Source: a virus
Lineage: Duplodnaviria > Caudoviricetes
Virus record (IMG/VR): IMGVR_UViG_3300030372_001471
Span: 1-27,346 of that record
Reading direction: 5' to 3' (one strand)
Length of the DNA: 27,346 nucleotides
The stretch's first letter is position 1. The number at the start of each line of letters is the position of its first letter. Position numbers and translations under genes: made by a program. The notes beneath the pieces are model-generated. The model did not search any database. It saw nothing but the letters and a program-made list of their open reading frames with translations, and was not told where the DNA came from. Below are positions 24,788-27,346 of this stretch, in pieces.

Positions 24788-25945
24788 TTACAGTATATAG
24801 TATTTGCCACTGTGATTTATAGATAGTTTATTTAAGCACAAGTATCTAGTAGCATCAATTAAATGATCATTGACTTTAACAGGAGTATTTAAAACATCAC
24901 CATTTTTATCAGTTGCCCATTTATAACCCCTAAATTCTTTTATTGCATTTAAGCTGTCCTTTGTTATATGCAGTTTGTATCTACGCATTATATCAATCCC
25001 TAGATGTATTCCTGCACCTTTCTTAGCAGGTTTTATGTTAAACCCCTGCCTGTATATTTCTTCTATTGATTTAGGTTCTGCAGAATCTCCGATTATTTCT
25101 GATTGTCTATCTATCCTAAACTCTTTTAGTTTATTTGCTAAATCTCTATTTGTTAATCTCTTTTCATATAGCATCTCTTTAATGTATAGGTTGTCATCAG
25201 ATTGATACACCGCAACTAAAGCAGAGGGTGAATTAGTAAATCCAAAGTCTAAGCCATAACCTATTAACCTTCCTTGTACATCATCTACTAATTCAAACTT
25301 TCTAAATATCATTGTTTGTACAGAACCTATTTCACCAAGACCATATACCTGCCAATAATCAGGATCAAGTTCTCTTAGTCTTTCAATCTCTGCTACTGTG
25401 TCTTTATCCAAAAAAGGGTTTGCTCTATATGTTGATTTAATAAAAGTACAATCATCTCTAACTACTACTTTGTCATATATCCAAGAATAAGGATCAGAAG
25501 GATTATAGTCTAAATAGATTTTGTCTGTAGTTCTAAGTATAAGTTGTTGCCAATCTTCATAAGTAAACTCATTAGCTTCATTAAGCCATAAATAATCACG
25601 TTTACGCCCTCTAATCTTTTGTGGTTGATCAACACTTATAAACTCTATTAGGTTGCCATTTAAGGCATAAGACAGTTCTGATTTGTTGTGGTTATCTTCT
25701 GTATATAATTCTAGTTCTTTAAGTATATTAAGGACATCACGATATGCTGTACCTTTAAGTGCAGGTAGTGTTTTTCTGCATATAGTAAATACTTTGCCTG
25801 TTTCTTCTAAGCATTTAACAATAAACAACTGACACAGCGAATAGGTCTTGCTAGAACGAGTACCCCCCTGTAAGCACGTTATCCTAGTTTCTGACCTATA
25901 CGCTTTGTGAAAGACATTTGTTGTATTAATCTTTGCCTGTGTCAA
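24788..25945 (-). CDS. terL: Terminase large subunit (PBSX/SPP1-like)
   Basis: Walker A GGTRSSKT, Walker B WLNEANE, DYNP, GLDFGF, DSAEP, NDHLIDATRY. Confidence 0.95.
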   Translation of the reverse strand: MTQAKINTTNVFHKAYRSETRITCLQGGTRSSKTYSLCQLFIVKCLEETGKVFTICRKTLPALKGTAYRDVLNILKELELYTEDNHNKSELSYALNGNLIEFISVDQPQKIRGRKRDYLWLNEANEFTYEDWQQLILRTTDKIYLDYNPSDPYSWIYDKVVVRDDCTFIKSTYRANPFLDKDTVAEIERLRELDPDYWQVYGLGEIGSVQTMIFRKFELVDDVQGRLIGYGLDFGFTNSPSALVAVYQSDDNLYIKEMLYEKRLTNRDLANKLKEFRIDRQSEIIGDSAEPKSIEEIYRQGFNIKPAKKGAGIHLGIDIMRRYKLHITKDSLNAIKEFRGYKWATDKNGDVLNTPVKVNDHLIDATRYLCLNKLSINHSGKYYIL

Positions 25946-26273
25946 TTACATTAATTTTTAATTCAGTTAGTGGTTTACCACCTGTAGTTATATCTAGCTT
26001 TTCAGCATAACCTCTTTCTTTAGCCTTAGACTTTAAATAAAAGATTATACTTGTTTCTTTACCCCTAGATATATTCTTTATCAATTCACCCTCAACATAG
26101 TCAATCTGTGCTTCCTTAATATCTTCTACTGCCTGTGCAAAATCTTTATCTTCACGCATATACCTATAGTATGTAGAACGGCTTATATTACCTGCCTTTT
26201 TACAAGCATGATAAATAAGTCCTTGCGTTTCTTGTAACGCCTTTAATAGTTTCTCTTTTTTATTCTGTGCCAT
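25926..26273 (-). CDS. terS: Terminase small subunit
   Basis: HTH ACKKAGNISRSTYYRY, IIFYLKSKAKERGY, KLDIT.GG; overlaps terL. Confidence 0.8.
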   Translation of the reverse strand: MAQNKKEKLLKALQETQGLIYHACKKAGNISRSTYYRYMREDKDFAQAVEDIKEAQIDYVEGELIKNISRGKETSIIFYLKSKAKERGYAEKLDITTGGKPLTELKINVIDTGKD

Positions 26274-26303
26274 TTGTATTATTTAAAGTGGTGATATATA
26301 GAT

Positions 26304-26441
26304 TTAACTATTACTTTTAGTACACTTATATTCACCATTATTATTGTCCTTATTTTTAAATAAATCTCTTTCATTTAAATCTTTAATTTTCTTTCTAAAT
26401 TCTTTTATCTTCTTTTTAGTGTCTATTTTTATACACCACAT
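26304..26441 (-). CDS. possible small basic protein (45 aa, not in ORF track)
   Basis: MWCIKIDTKKKIKEFRKKIKDLNERDLFKNKDNNNGEYKCTKSNS, overlapping the MTase stop. Confidence 0.35.
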   Translation of the reverse strand: MWCIKIDTKKKIKEFRKKIKDLNERDLFKNKDNNNGEYKCTKSNS

Positions 26442-27346
26442 TTAATTGCTTTTTGTCCTGTAAACTGTTCCCATCTTTCTATAATTACATCACAATACTT
26501 TGTATCTAATTCCATACCATAACATATTCTATTTGTTTTTTCACAAGCTATTAATGTTGAACCACTACCAAGAAACAAATCAGCTACTATATCTGCTTTA
26601 TGATTTTTAATTGCTCTAACACATAATTCTATTGGTTTTTGTGTTGGATGTAATTTATTAATGCCCTCTTTATCAATTTCCCATACTCTATTTTCTGTTG
26701 TACTACCTATAAAATTAGTTCTTGTGCCTTTTGGTTTCCATATTAAACAAGGCTCGTGGTTTTGTTTATAAGAAGCCCCTAATGCCCCATATCCCCCTTT
26801 CTTCTTCCATATAATCAAGGCTACTATTTCCCCTTTTACATCTTCAACACCTCTATATAGTCCAAACGGAACAGTGTCAGCATAAAACATAAAAACAACT
26901 CCATTTGAAAATTTATTAGCAATTGCAACTGCTTGATAATATAAATCCAAATCATCATTTTTAATTCCTTGTCTGTTGTTTTGTTCTAATCCGTTTTCTC
27001 CGTCTTTTAAGCCACCTGTGTAATTTACACCATAAGGGGGATCTGTAAATACCATATCTGCTTTATCTCCATTCATTAGTTTAGCAACATCACTTTCTTT
27101 TGTGCTATCTCCACACATTAATCTGTGTTTTCCAAGTTGCCAAACATCACCAAGTTTAACTCTGCTTTCTTTTACTTCTGGTATGTGGTCATCCTCTGTG
27201 TTGCCTTCTGTGATTTTATCTATATTAATATCTAAGTCAATATGCTTAAAACCCCAATCAGTAAGTTCATCAATATCAAATTCATTAGCCAGAATATCCA
27301 TATCAAAATCACCTGTATTTTTATTTAGTCTTATATTTAATTCTCT
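26429..27346 (-). CDS. N4/N6 DNA methyltransferase (beta class), C-terminal part of the ParB-MTase fusion
   Basis: GDVWQLGKHRLMCGDS, motif IV TDPPY, HPTQKP, motif I DLFLGSGST, GMELD; the frame is open to the window end and continues at 64-303. Confidence 0.93.
   Translation of the reverse strand, partial: RELNIRLNKNTGDFDMDILANEFDIDELTDWGFKHIDLDINIDKITEGNTEDDHIPEVKESRVKLGDVWQLGKHRLMCGDSTKESDVAKLMNGDKADMVFTDPPYGVNYTGGLKDGENGLEQNNRQGIKNDDLDLYYQAVAIANKFSNGVVFMFYADTVPFGLYRGVEDVKGEIVALIIWKKKGGYGALGASYKQNHEPCLIWKPKGTRTNFIGSTTENRVWEIDKEGINKLHPTQKPIELCVRAIKNHKADIVADLFLGSGSTLIACEKTNRICYGMELDTKYCDVIIERWEQFTGQKAIKCGV
27284..27346 (+). repeat. 63-bp direct terminal repeat, right copy
   Basis: Identical to 1-63. 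Confidence 0.97.

Larger units (their letters stand above)
1..27346. mobile_element. Complete tailed bacteriophage genome (siphovirus-like, probable Bacteroidota host), unit length 27,283 bp
   Basis: TerS/TerL, portal, protease, scaffold, capsid, tail, tape measure and lysis genes are all present. There is a 63-bp end overlap, an ORF continuous across the join, and no host housekeeping genes. Confidence 0.95.

Noticed and set aside
10985-25205. Other plus-strand ORFs (10985, 14733, 15585, 15840, 16364, 23197, 23559, 24342, 24975)
   Set aside because: Fully nested antisense to structural genes, mostly with non-ATG starts and mirror-image composition
1-27346. Stop-codon reassignment, tRNAs, diversity-generating retroelement, introns/inteins
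   Set aside because: Genes are intact in the standard code with TAA, TAG and TGA all used as stops. I saw no cloverleaf, reverse transcriptase, TR/VR pair or intein motif by eye; tRNAscan and HMM searches were not run.

Overview
The window is an apparently complete, circular-mapping, AT-rich tailed phage genome with a siphovirus-like gene set. Bases 1-63 repeat exactly at 27284-27346, giving a unit length of 27,283 bp, and a ParB-like/DNA-methyltransferase gene reads in frame across the join. The host is probably in the Bacteroidota (Flavobacteria-like), based on TTG-N19-TAnnTTTG-type promoters, A-rich leaders without Shine-Dalgarno sites, a DUF4373-like initiator and 'Q-rule' signal peptides. 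Almost all genes are on the minus strand, in this order: Cro-like HTH, SSB, initiator, VRR-NUC, ECF-like sigma, HNH, ParB-MTase, TerS, TerL, frameshifted tail chaperones, tail genes, tape measure, XkdF-like protease, scaffold, capsid, major tail, portal fusion, adaptor, an envelope module, and lysis genes. I found no integrase, polymerase, helicase, tRNA or CRISPR array. The most notable features are four: (1) a beta-barrel + membrane coiled-coil + non-redox thioredoxin-fold module inside the lysis cassette; (2) a four-copy bipartite motif AAACR-N11-TTTATATTTATA almost touching late-gene start codons; (3) an iteron-like origin inside the initiator gene; (4) several recoding and RNA-structure signals. 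All product calls come from motif recognition by eye; no database search was run.
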